This document shows positions 48,098 through 56,585 of a stretch of DNA of 64,000 nt, piece after piece (positions within the stretch are counted from its first letter, which is position 1; every line of letters begins with the position of its first letter). The position numbers and the translations under genes were made by a program. The notes under the pieces are model-generated. The model made no database searches. It saw only the letters and a program-made list of their open reading frames with translations, and was not told where the DNA came from. The DNA comes from Candidatus Latescibacterota bacterium. GTDB taxonomy: Bacteria; Latescibacterota; UBA2968; UBA8231. The stretch spans positions 1,056,001 through 1,120,000 of the forward strand of contig CBDETK010000013.1 in the NCBI GenBank assembly GCA_965242865.1, given 5' to 3'.

Positions 48098-48574
48098 TCA
48101 GCCGCCTCTCAAGAGGATGGTTACAAGCAAGCCGACAACGCCAAACTGAATGCTAATCACCCAGTACAGTAGCCGGTCAAAGCGGCGGTTGCTTTCCTCA
48201 AAGCGGCGATTGCTTTCGGCATTGATCGCGTCAAAGCGGCGATTGCTCTCCTCGTGGCGGCGATTGCTCTCCTCGTGGCGGCGATTGCTCTCCTCGTTGA
48301 TCGCGTCAAAGCGGCGGCGGCTTTCCTCAAAGCGGCGGTTGCTTTCCTCGTTGATCGCGTCAAAGCGGCGATTGCTCTCCTCGTGGCGGCGGTTGCTCTC
48401 CTCAATCGCTTGCCGCAGTTCTTCTCGAGTTGCAGTAATCATTTGCCGCAGTTCTTCAAGGCTGCGATCCACGGCATCAAAACGCTTATCCAACTGTACG
48501 ACGACCTCTTCCAGCCGCCCCACGCGCCGCTCCAAATCGCGGTCTTGATCTTGATCCAGCGTAGGAACACTCAT
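48098..48574 (-). CDS. Membrane-anchored coiled-coil protein (DUF1640/CCDC90-like)
   Basis: EESNRRH / EESNRRFDAIN repeats, C-terminal TM helix, AGGAG RBS. Confidence 0.75.
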   Translation of the reverse strand: MSVPTLDQDQDRDLERRVGRLEEVVVQLDKRFDAVDRSLEELRQMITATREELRQAIEESNRRHEESNRRFDAINEESNRRFEESRRRFDAINEESNRRHEESNRRHEESNRRFDAINAESNRRFEESNRRFDRLLYWVISIQFGVVGLLVTILLRGG

Positions 48575-48695
48575 TGCCCAAACTCCTTTCTTGAGGTGGG
48601 ATATGGGGTAACGTCAATGATAGTGTAATATTATAGTATAATACATAGATCGCCCTAATAGCGTCGGCATCCTCCTCCTAACCCACGGAAAAACC

Positions 48696-49499
48696 ATGCG
48701 CCCACTCTATTTTTTGCTCTTATGGCTGCTCCTCAGCGCGGCCGCTCCCTTTGACCACGGCCCTTTTGACCAAGTGCTGCAAGAATACGTCGACGACCAA
48801 GGCTTCGTCCGCTACGCCGCCTTAGCCAAAGACCGCGCCCAACTCGACGCTTACCTCGATAGCCTCGGCCGCTACAGCCCCCCCAGCCATCCCGACCGCT
48901 TCCCGACCCGCGAGCACGAACTGGCCTACTGGATCAATGCGTACAATGCCTTCGTCTTGCAAGGCGTCATCGACTCCTATCCCATCGCCAGCGTCAAAGA
49001 CGCCTTTGTATTCAGCGGCTTTTTTAACCGCCAGACCTTTGTCGCCGGGGGGCGCGAGATGACGCTCGACCACGTCGAAAACAAAATCATCCGACCTACC
49101 TACCAAGAGCCGCGCATTCACTTTGCGGTCAACTGCGCGGCCCTTAGCTGCCCGCAGCTCGAAAACCGCGCCTTTACCGGCCCCGACCTCGACGCCCGCT
49201 TGGAACGAGCACTAACGCGCTTTGCCCAAGACCCCAACCACGTGCGCTTGCAGGGAAAGCGGCTCTACCTATCCAAAATTCTCGACTGGTACGGAGAAGA
49301 CTTCTCGGCATGGTTCCCGACCGACCGACCCAATCCCGAAGACGTGCCCACCATCGTCAACTACCTGCGCCCGTATCTCCCCCCGGACGTAGCCGCTGGG
49401 CTGAGCGCGGACCTCGCCATCGAATACAACGACTACGACTGGACGCTCAACGAGGACAAAAAAACGGGGAGCCCCCGCCCAGCGGCAGACTCCCCGTAA
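48696..49499 (+). CDS. DUF547 domain protein
   Basis: LAYWINAYNA, EPRIHFAVNCAALSCP, LSKILDWYGEDF, YDWTLN. Confidence 0.92.
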   Translation: MRPLYFLLLWLLLSAAAPFDHGPFDQVLQEYVDDQGFVRYAALAKDRAQLDAYLDSLGRYSPPSHPDRFPTREHELAYWINAYNAFVLQGVIDSYPIASVKDAFVFSGFFNRQTFVAGGREMTLDHVENKIIRPTYQEPRIHFAVNCAALSCPQLENRAFTGPDLDARLERALTRFAQDPNHVRLQGKRLYLSKILDWYGEDFSAWFPTDRPNPEDVPTIVNYLRPYLPPDVAAGLSADLAIEYNDYDWTLNEDKKTGSPRPAADSP

Positions 49500-49516
49500 G
49501 CGTTTGGACGGTTGGT

Positions 49517-50359
49517 TTACCAAAAGAACGGATTGTGCTCCCGTTCCTCGCCGACCGTAGTAGCCGGCCCATGGCCGGGAAAAAGCGCGACCTTTGCGTC
49601 CAAGCCGAGGAGCTTGTCGGCCACGGCTCGGTGCTGCATCCGGTAGTTGGCCCCGTTGCGCGTCCCCCCGAGCGACCCCGCGAACAGCGCGTCCCCGACA
49701 AAGGCCAGGTCCTCGTGGACTAAGCTGATGCCACCCGCCGTATGCCCGGGCGTAGAGCGCACCTCAAAGCGCAAGGTGCCGATGGCTACGACTTCGCCTT
49801 CGGCTAGCTCGCCCGCGATGGAGGGAGCCAAGCCGCCGATGAGGGCCAAGTCGCCGCGGTGGATCCACGCTGGCGCGGCCGTGGCGCGCGCCACCTCGGC
49901 GAGGGCGCCGACGTGGTCGTGGTGCCCGTGCGTCAGCACGATCTGCTCCACCGTTAGCCCGGAAGCGGCCACGCGCTGGAGAATTTTATCCGCGTCAAAC
50001 CCCGGGTCGATGATCGCGGCTTGGCCCGTTGTTGCACAGCCGACGATGTAGCCGTTCATCAGAAAGCCGTGCCCGAGGACCATCATCTCCACCTGCGCCC
50101 CGGCAAGCGGGCGGCCCGCCGGATTGCGCGGAAAGAAGGCCCGCGCGGCACTCGCCTGCAATTTGCCCGGGTGCAACCCCAGAGCGCGGGCCAGCCGCTC
50201 AATGCCAGCGGTGCCCGGGATCAGTTCGTAGGCTTCGATCTGTGCGATGTCCCCGGTCGGCATCCCCACCTGCTCGGCCAGTGCGGCGACCGCCAGCTCC
50301 TGCCCGCGCCGGGCCTTGGCGATCACGTCGCCGAACTCGTCTTCTAATTGCTCGTACAT
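49517..50359 (-). CDS. MBL-fold metallo-hydrolase with N-terminal XRE-like HTH
   Basis: THGHHDH, TPGHT, GDALFAGS, PGHGP; N-terminal DVIAKARRG...LARALGL. Confidence 0.88.
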   Translation of the reverse strand: MYEQLEDEFGDVIAKARRGQELAVAALAEQVGMPTGDIAQIEAYELIPGTAGIERLARALGLHPGKLQASAARAFFPRNPAGRPLAGAQVEMMVLGHGFLMNGYIVGCATTGQAAIIDPGFDADKILQRVAASGLTVEQIVLTHGHHDHVGALAEVARATAAPAWIHRGDLALIGGLAPSIAGELAEGEVVAIGTLRFEVRSTPGHTAGGISLVHEDLAFVGDALFAGSLGGTRNGANYRMQHRAVADKLLGLDAKVALFPGHGPATTVGEEREHNPFFW

Positions 50360-50371
50360 GGTCCCTCCCCT

Positions 50372-51019
50372 TCAAAGCTCGACCGAGTCGGCTCGCAAAC
50401 TGTCCAAGAACTCGTCAAAGCTAACGGCCCACTGCTCAACGGTCTGCGCCGGTCCCGTCATCTTGAAAAACACCGCGCCCGAGCGGTGAACCGCTATGGC
50501 CCCGAGCATCCGGTAACCGGCTTGGGGCGTCGCCTCGCCCATGCCCATGCCCCCGGAAAAGGTGCCGCTTATATCGACGCCGGTTATCGCTATATCTTCC
50601 ACTTGCCGCGTCCAACGCCGCCCGGCCGGCTGGCCGTCCTCCTGCTTGAACTGGCCGTACCAGCGCTCGATGTTGGCCTCGACGCCCCCGCCTTGCCCCG
50701 GGCCAAAGAAAAATATGCCCAGCGTCGCCTCGCCGGCCGGGCCGGGGAGGCCGTATTGGGCCACGCGCATAGAACTGGACGGCGGCTGCGCCACCCAGCC
50801 AGCAGGGGCCACCGCGCTGAGCGGCCCCAGCGTCTGGCGTCCACTCGCCTGCGCGGGCGTCGCCGGGGGTGGTGTGGTGGATTGAGCGGTGAATCCCCGC
50901 TCCGCCATGGCCGCGGCCGGCTCTTGGTCACTGAAATTTTGGCTGCACCCGAAAGCTCCGAGGATTCCAGCGCATATCCACACCAATCGGCTTCGAGGTC
51001 GAAGATCGTCTTTTAGCAT
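50372..51019 (-). CDS. Hypothetical lipoprotein
   Basis: Lipobox-like AFGC; SSMRVAQY, GGGVEANIERWYGQF, FFKMTGP. Confidence 0.75.
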   Translation of the reverse strand: MLKDDLRPRSRLVWICAGILGAFGCSQNFSDQEPAAAMAERGFTAQSTTPPPATPAQASGRQTLGPLSAVAPAGWVAQPPSSSMRVAQYGLPGPAGEATLGIFFFGPGQGGGVEANIERWYGQFKQEDGQPAGRRWTRQVEDIAITGVDISGTFSGGMGMGEATPQAGYRMLGAIAVHRSGAVFFKMTGPAQTVEQWAVSFDEFLDSLRADSVEL

Positions 51020-51401
51020 CACAGGCTTCTCCAAGCGGTAAGGGCGGCGAGGGCCGCTGTCTTGTAGGCGAGGGCGCGCAAATAAGGCCGTTCCCATCCG
51101 GGCTGTCAACTTTTGTGCGGCGCACTTGGGCATCAGGAAGCCCCAAAATACCGCTTGTAGCAGGCATCCTCCTGGGTCTTACTTGAGCTTGACGCTGTTT
51201 TATTCACTTCGTTCCATCAGTGCCGAAATCTCGATGGCGCATTCAAAGTCGTCGGCAGAGTTTCGGCTTCGCCTGTCTTACTCGTTGACGATGTAGTTGA
51301 CTCGCGCTGGACGATGACTGTTCTGGCAGCCCTCCTGCGGCAAGCCGGAAGCGGCTTGGTTTATCCGGTAGGGCTGGCGTCCGCTAGCACAGGAGGTTGA
51401 T

Positions 51402-52733
51402 ATGGCTACATCTGACACCAGCGATGCGGTGCTGCTCCTAACGGCGCACCTTTCCCGCTCTGAGGACAGCGAAGCAAAGCCCTTAACGACGGAGGAATGG
51501 GGAGCGTTTGCGAGTTGGCTCAAGAAACAGAATGCAGCCCCAGAGCACCTCTTAGCGCACGCGGAGGACGTCTTGAGAGGCTGGTTCAACCCTAAGATAA
51601 CTACCGAGCGGATCAAGAGGCTGCTAGGCCGCGGCAGTGCCTTGGGGCTTGCCAAGGATAGGTGGGCGCAAGCTGGCTTGTGGTGGTTGACGAGGGCCGA
51701 CGAGGATTATCCAGCCCGCCTAAAGAAGCGGCTCGGCCAAGCATCCCCTGCGGTGCTGTATGGCTGTGGTCGCCGAACGCTGCTGGGAGCTGGAGGAATC
51801 GCGGTCGTCGGCTCTCGAGCGGCCTCGGAGAACGATCTTGCTTGGACCGCGGCGTTCGGCGGAGCCGTGGCTGATGCCGGTTGCTCCGTCGTATCGGGCG
51901 GAGCGAGGGGGGTTGACCGAGCCGCGATGTTTGGGGCATTGGATAAGGGAGGCACGGTTGTCGGCATTCTTGCGGACAGCCTGCTACGCGCGTCGTCGAG
52001 CAAGATGTACCGGCCCCATCTTCGGTCTCAGGATCTGGTGCTCGTCTCGCCATTCCACCCCGAGGCAGGCTTCACCGTCGGCAGGGCTATGCAGAGGAAT
52101 CGGTACATCTACTGCCTGTCTGACAAAGCGTTGGTGGTTCATTCCGGCATAAAAGGCGGCACTTGGGAAGGTGCTATCGAAAACATCAAGAGACAATGGG
52201 TGCCGCTCTGGGTCCGCCAAGACAGCGATGGTTCCCTTGGCAATGCGGCTCTTTTAAGCGTCCATCACGCACAAGGTCCCCCGCAGGAGGTAATCGAGCG
52301 GCTTGGTGCCTCGGATCAACCATCGGAGTCCAGTACAGTGCCTATCCAGCACCGGACCGCGGATCAATCAGCCACCTCATCAGGGCAGCGAGAGGACGGC
52401 TCCTTGGCCCCGGACACCGCACGGACCGCAATAGAGACCGCTCCTTCCGGTCCCGGCAACGGCTCGGAACAGTCCGATCCCCTTAGCCCACAGGCACCGT
52501 CTGGCACACCTGACCTATACGGGTACTTCATTCAGACACTTCAAGAACGGCTTGCAACCGGAAACGGGTCGGTCGAAAAATCAGAATTGGAACGCCACTA
52601 TGGCCTTGTAAAGGGTCAGGTCCACATTTGGATGAAGAGGGCGGTCGCGGAAGGAGTGGTCGTCGTGAAGTCTCGGCCAGTGCGTTTTGAGCTGCCCGAG
52701 CAAAAGGAGGAACAGCTATCCTTTTCGATTTAA
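51402..52733 (+). CDS. DprA/Smf-domain protein with variant N-terminus and C-terminal winged-helix-like region
   Basis: YPARLK, IAVVGSR, VVSGGARGVD, AMQRNRYIY, GGTWEGA; AGGAGG RBS. Confidence 0.88.
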   Translation: MATSDTSDAVLLLTAHLSRSEDSEAKPLTTEEWGAFASWLKKQNAAPEHLLAHAEDVLRGWFNPKITTERIKRLLGRGSALGLAKDRWAQAGLWWLTRADEDYPARLKKRLGQASPAVLYGCGRRTLLGAGGIAVVGSRAASENDLAWTAAFGGAVADAGCSVVSGGARGVDRAAMFGALDKGGTVVGILADSLLRASSSKMYRPHLRSQDLVLVSPFHPEAGFTVGRAMQRNRYIYCLSDKALVVHSGIKGGTWEGAIENIKRQWVPLWVRQDSDGSLGNAALLSVHHAQGPPQEVIERLGASDQPSESSTVPIQHRTADQSATSSGQREDGSLAPDTARTAIETAPSGPGNGSEQSDPLSPQAPSGTPDLYGYFIQTLQERLATGNGSVEKSELERHYGLVKGQVHIWMKRAVAEGVVVVKSRPVRFELPEQKEEQLSFSI

Positions 52734-52874
52734 GAAGCGGTCTGCTCCGCAAATCCTACCTTGGGTCGTTTTGAACAAGCCGTAGAGGCGGTCGCCGTCC
52801 TTCCCACTCGGCCTTAGCCCGTTCTGCCGCGTCGCCTCAAGGCCATGCCAGCCGAGCAGGTGAACCTTCCATGC

Positions 52875-54524
52875 CTACCAAATACCCAGCGCGAGGCGAT
52901 ATGGATACTCCAACCCCGTGGCGATGAAGTCTTCGACCATTATTGTGCCATCCAAGTTGGCCCGCTGAATTTTACCCGAGCCCCAGTCCGCCCAGTATAT
53001 CTTTCCACGCGCCGCATCCACTGCGAGGCCCCATGGCGTCGTCACCCCCGTGGCGATGAAGTCTTCGACCATTATTGTGCCATCCAAGTTGGCCCGCTGA
53101 ATTTTACCCGGGCCCGGATGCACCCAGGTCACCCAGTATATCTTTCTGTTCACCAAATCCAGCGCGAGGCCCGATGCATTATTCAATCCCGTGATGAGGT
53201 CTTGGTCCTCTGAGCCATCCAACTTGGCATACCGAATCTTATTCAAGCTCCAGTCCGTCCAGTATATCTTTCCGCCCACCACATCCAGCGCGATGCTCTG
53301 TGGCGTACCCAATCCCATGGTGACGATGTTTTGGCGTTCTGAGCCATCCAAGTTGGCACGCCCAATATGATCCGGGCTGCCCCCGTCCGTCCAGTATATC
53401 TTTCTGTTCACCGAATCCACCGCGATGCCATTTGGACTATCCAATCCCATGGTGATGATGTCTCGGCGGTCTGAGCCATCCAAGTTGGCACGCCCAATCG
53501 TACCCGGGTCGCCGTTCGTCCAGTATATCTTTCCGCGCACCACATCCAGCGCGATGTCATTTGGAACACCCAATCCCGTAAGGAAGTCTTGGCGGCCTGA
53601 GTCATCCAAGTTGACACGCCCAATCTTACCCGTGCCCAGGCCAAGGTTAAGGTCCGTCCAGTATAGGGCGGGCACTGGTTCCGGTTCCGGCGGCTCTGGA
53701 TAGACTTGGACGGTTTCGACGCGGGGGTATTTTTCTAGTACCGCTTCGACGCGGAGGCCGCTTGTTATCGCGGCGGCGAGTTGTTGGTTGGCCGCGTGCT
53801 GGCTAAGGGCGTTTTCCATCACGCCCAGCCATTGCAGGTTGGTCAGGCTGGCCAAGGGACTCACGTCCGCAATGTCGTTGTCACCTAGATTGAGAAATTG
53901 CAGCTTGATTAGGCCCGCTAACGGCTGCACATCCGTAATTTCATTGCCCCACATATCCAACGTGCGCAAGCGGATCAGGCTGGCCAGCGGACTCGCATCC
54001 GCCACCTTGTTGCCCCACAGCGACAACGTTTGCAGGTTGGTCAAGCGGGCCAACGGCTGCACGTCGGTAATCGCGTTGCCTCGCAGATACAACGTTGTCA
54101 GGGCCGTTGCGTGTTCAAGGCCGGCCACGCTCTCAATGTTTTTATAACTCGCGTCAAGTTCGGTTAGGGTCGCCAAGTCCGCCGGGGTAATCGGCCCTTG
54201 TGGGCGGTCCAACGCTTCCCGTACCGCTCGCTCCAGATTGGCGTCGGCAAACTCCACGGCAGCCGATTGGGTGCTATCGGCGTCGGCGTCGGTCTGGGTG
54301 CTATCGGCGTCGGCGTCGGTCTGAGTGGTGTCAGGGCTTTCAGGGGCGGGCAGCCCGTCGGTAGCAGTGTAGGCGTCGTCGCCCAAGAACTCGCACAAGG
54401 AACAGGTGGCTTTGCCCGCCGGCCGAGAGGCCACCGGCGCGGAGTCTGAGCAGCCCGTCCAAGCCCCGACGATGCCCAAAAGGACGAACGCAAACAGGGT
54501 TTTGAGAGATTTCAACGAAAGCAT
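52875..54524 (-). CDS. Lipoprotein with LRR block + six-bladed YWTD (LDL-receptor class B) beta-propeller (paralog B)
   Basis: N-half nearly identical to paralog A, then LYWTD/IYWTN/IYWTD/IYWTD/IYWVT/IYWAD with RANLDG repeats. Confidence 0.88.
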   Translation of the reverse strand: MLSLKSLKTLFAFVLLGIVGAWTGCSDSAPVASRPAGKATCSLCEFLGDDAYTATDGLPAPESPDTTQTDADADSTQTDADADSTQSAAVEFADANLERAVREALDRPQGPITPADLATLTELDASYKNIESVAGLEHATALTTLYLRGNAITDVQPLARLTNLQTLSLWGNKVADASPLASLIRLRTLDMWGNEITDVQPLAGLIKLQFLNLGDNDIADVSPLASLTNLQWLGVMENALSQHAANQQLAAAITSGLRVEAVLEKYPRVETVQVYPEPPEPEPVPALYWTDLNLGLGTGKIGRVNLDDSGRQDFLTGLGVPNDIALDVVRGKIYWTNGDPGTIGRANLDGSDRRDIITMGLDSPNGIAVDSVNRKIYWTDGGSPDHIGRANLDGSERQNIVTMGLGTPQSIALDVVGGKIYWTDWSLNKIRYAKLDGSEDQDLITGLNNASGLALDLVNRKIYWVTWVHPGPGKIQRANLDGTIMVEDFIATGVTTPWGLAVDAARGKIYWADWGSGKIQRANLDGTIMVEDFIATGLEYPYRLALGIW

Positions 54525-54870
54525 TTTTTGCTCCTTTGTATGGTTGGGGAAGAAATGGTATGGAGGTGTGGAAGAGGGGCAGGACGCCCCGAAAGAGGCA
54601 GAGTTAGCCCTAGGGCTAACTTGGAGTGCTCAGGACGCGCCCCTTGCTGTGGGTACGCCTTTGCTAGTGTTCTCGCGGTGTCTGGAGCGAAGAGATTCCG
54701 CCCTCGGTCCTTGGCAGACAGCTTGCGGGGGTGGTGCAGTAAACGGGGATCAGCATAAAGGCCGCACGGTAGCGTGCGCTTGGGGTCGTGCGGCCAGACC
54801 GACGCGCCGCCCAACAGCCGCACACGAGCCGTCGGCCTATGCTGAGAAGTGGAGCGTTTAGTGCTTGGTG

Positions 54871-54984
54871 CTAGCGGATAATTTTCGGGGGGGGGGGGGG
54901 GGGGGGTAAGTCGTTGTTTTTCAAGGACTTACGACACATTAAATTTGACGACGATTCCAAGCACCCAACAGGGTTTTGCCCCAT
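54871..54984 (-). CDS. Putative upstream leader ORF crossing the C20 tract (copy B)
   Basis: MGQNPV...RKSLKNNDLPPPPPPPKIIR*. Confidence 0.45.
   Translation of the reverse strand: MGQNPVGCLESSSNLMCRKSLKNNDLPPPPPPPKIIR
54887..54906. repeat. G20 homopolymer (C20 on the coding strand)
   Basis: Read directly; the length may be affected by assembly error. Confidence 0.9.
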
Positions 54985-55064
54985 AGCAAGGCCCCTGCCT
55001 GATGTGAAATGCTTAACCATCGTCTCGTTCATTACGTCAACCGATCGTGCCAAATTTGCCGCTG

Positions 55065-55166
55065 TAACGGGCAGGCACGGGGGCCTGCCCCAACGGGATT
55101 CTAACGGGCAGGCACGGGGGCCTGCCCCAACGGGATTCTAACGGGCAGGCACGGGGGGCCGCCCCT
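55065..55166. repeat. Three tandem REP-like hairpins
   Basis: Same units as 23327-23432, with GGATTC spacers. Confidence 0.85.
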
Positions 55167-55323
55167 GATTTCGGTTATTTGCCGTCGGGCCATAATTAAA
55201 AGCCTAAACACAGAAGCCGCAATCTGCTTACTTCTAAGAAGCATATAGTTTTCAGACAACTTCTAACGATACACGCCTGAGATACTCGGCCTCCTGTTTT
55301 TCGTATGTGAAGCAACGTTCGCG

Positions 55324-56547
55324 CTACCGTCTTGGGCTCCGCCAATAGGTTAGTTCCCGCCAACTCCATTCCAACGGGCCGTACCGGAAACGCCTCAGTA
55401 CCAGCGGCGACCACCAGAGCTGGATGCCCCACACAGCGAAGACAACAATGGCCTGTTGCCAGCGGTCAACGCGCCCGAATAACCCAAATCCATGCCCATA
55501 AAAAATAGTCGTGCAGATCAGGGTTTGCGCGATGTAATTGGTAAACGCCATCCGACCCGTAGCGGCCAAGCGCATCTGTAACGCCGAGAACCATCGGCGT
55601 CGAACCGCCAGCATCGCGAGGCCAACGTATCCAAACGCCATAGCGAGGCTGCCCCAATAGCTGAACTGCGACCCCAGAAACATTGAACGCTCCCAACTCC
55701 ACCCGACCGCAAAATTCCACCATGCACCCGCAGCAACGACCGGTACACTAACACCGAACCCGATGAGCGCGAGCCTGCGATAGAATACAGCGCTTCGGGC
55801 CGCGCTCAGGATTTGCCAGCGGTAGAGGGCCATGCCCAGCAGCATGAGGCCCGCGGACTGCCAGAGAAGCCTGATTGGCAGGGCCATCGTGTGCATGGCC
55901 AGCGTATCCGTGCTCCGCTGCGCCTGCTGGGTGAACCATCCGCCGCGGTACGCGAGCAACTCCGCATCAATTTTGGCCGCGTCCGGCGCCCAAAACGCTA
56001 TGATTTCCGCGGCGTCCTTATCGGAGATAAACTCCGTTGTCATGCCTGTTGCGGTGTAGAGAATGCTCGCCACTGAAAAGACCGCGAGGCCGCTGACCAC
56101 CAAGGTGCGCGGCGAGCGGTTGCGCAACAAAAAGAGGACGGAGCCGCAAAGCGCGTACGTGACTAATATATCGCCCGACCACAGGAAATAGGCATGTACC
56201 AGGCCGAAGAGGAGCAGACAGAACATGCGCCGGTAGTGCAAGCCGGCCGAGCGACCGCTGCGAGCCTCTACGCGATCGGCAAACAAGCAGATGCCCGCCC
56301 CAAAAAGAAGCGAGAACATCGACAAAAACTTCTGATCGACGAACAGGTAGCTAACCAGCCAGACAAAAAAGTTGATACCGCTGAGATCGCCATATACCGT
56401 GGGGTTAAAATACGCGGCCAAAGGCATTGCAAACGCCTGGATGTTCATAACCAGTATGCCAAGCACGGCGAAGCCGCGGAGCACATCCAAGCTCGCGATG
56501 CGATCCGAGGCCGCAACTGGACTGTTTAGCTCGCGTTTGTGGTACAT
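55324..56547 (-). CDS. DUF418 (YeiB-like) membrane protein
   Basis: RIASLDVLRGFAVLGILVMNI, KF..MFSLLFGAG, GRMAFTNYIAQ, GPLEW.WR.LTY. Confidence 0.92.
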   Translation of the reverse strand: MYHKRELNSPVAASDRIASLDVLRGFAVLGILVMNIQAFAMPLAAYFNPTVYGDLSGINFFVWLVSYLFVDQKFLSMFSLLFGAGICLFADRVEARSGRSAGLHYRRMFCLLLFGLVHAYFLWSGDILVTYALCGSVLFLLRNRSPRTLVVSGLAVFSVASILYTATGMTTEFISDKDAAEIIAFWAPDAAKIDAELLAYRGGWFTQQAQRSTDTLAMHTMALPIRLLWQSAGLMLLGMALYRWQILSAARSAVFYRRLALIGFGVSVPVVAAGAWWNFAVGWSWERSMFLGSQFSYWGSLAMAFGYVGLAMLAVRRRWFSALQMRLAATGRMAFTNYIAQTLICTTIFYGHGFGLFGRVDRWQQAIVVFAVWGIQLWWSPLVLRRFRYGPLEWSWRELTYWRSPRR

Positions 56548-56585
56548 ACATCCTCTTTGAAGCGGGTAAAAATACCTTAGGACGG

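Larger units (their letters stand above)
53695..55238. repeat. ~1.5-kb dispersed repeat, copy B
   Basis: Aligns with 21966-23501. Confidence 0.92.

Noticed and set aside
31928-48686. CCTAACCCAC shared near the right ends of two islets (31928 and 48677)
   Set aside because: A single 10-bp match in 64 kb is expected by chance.
21203-55238. Diversity-generating retroelement explaining the paralogous repeats
   Set aside because: No reverse transcriptase in the window, and differences between copies are not confined to adenines.
51137-56576. Direct repeat bounding the DprA-YWTD-DUF418 islet (GAAGC...AAAATACC at both ends)
   Set aside because: Only an 8-bp exact match; too weak to call an att site.
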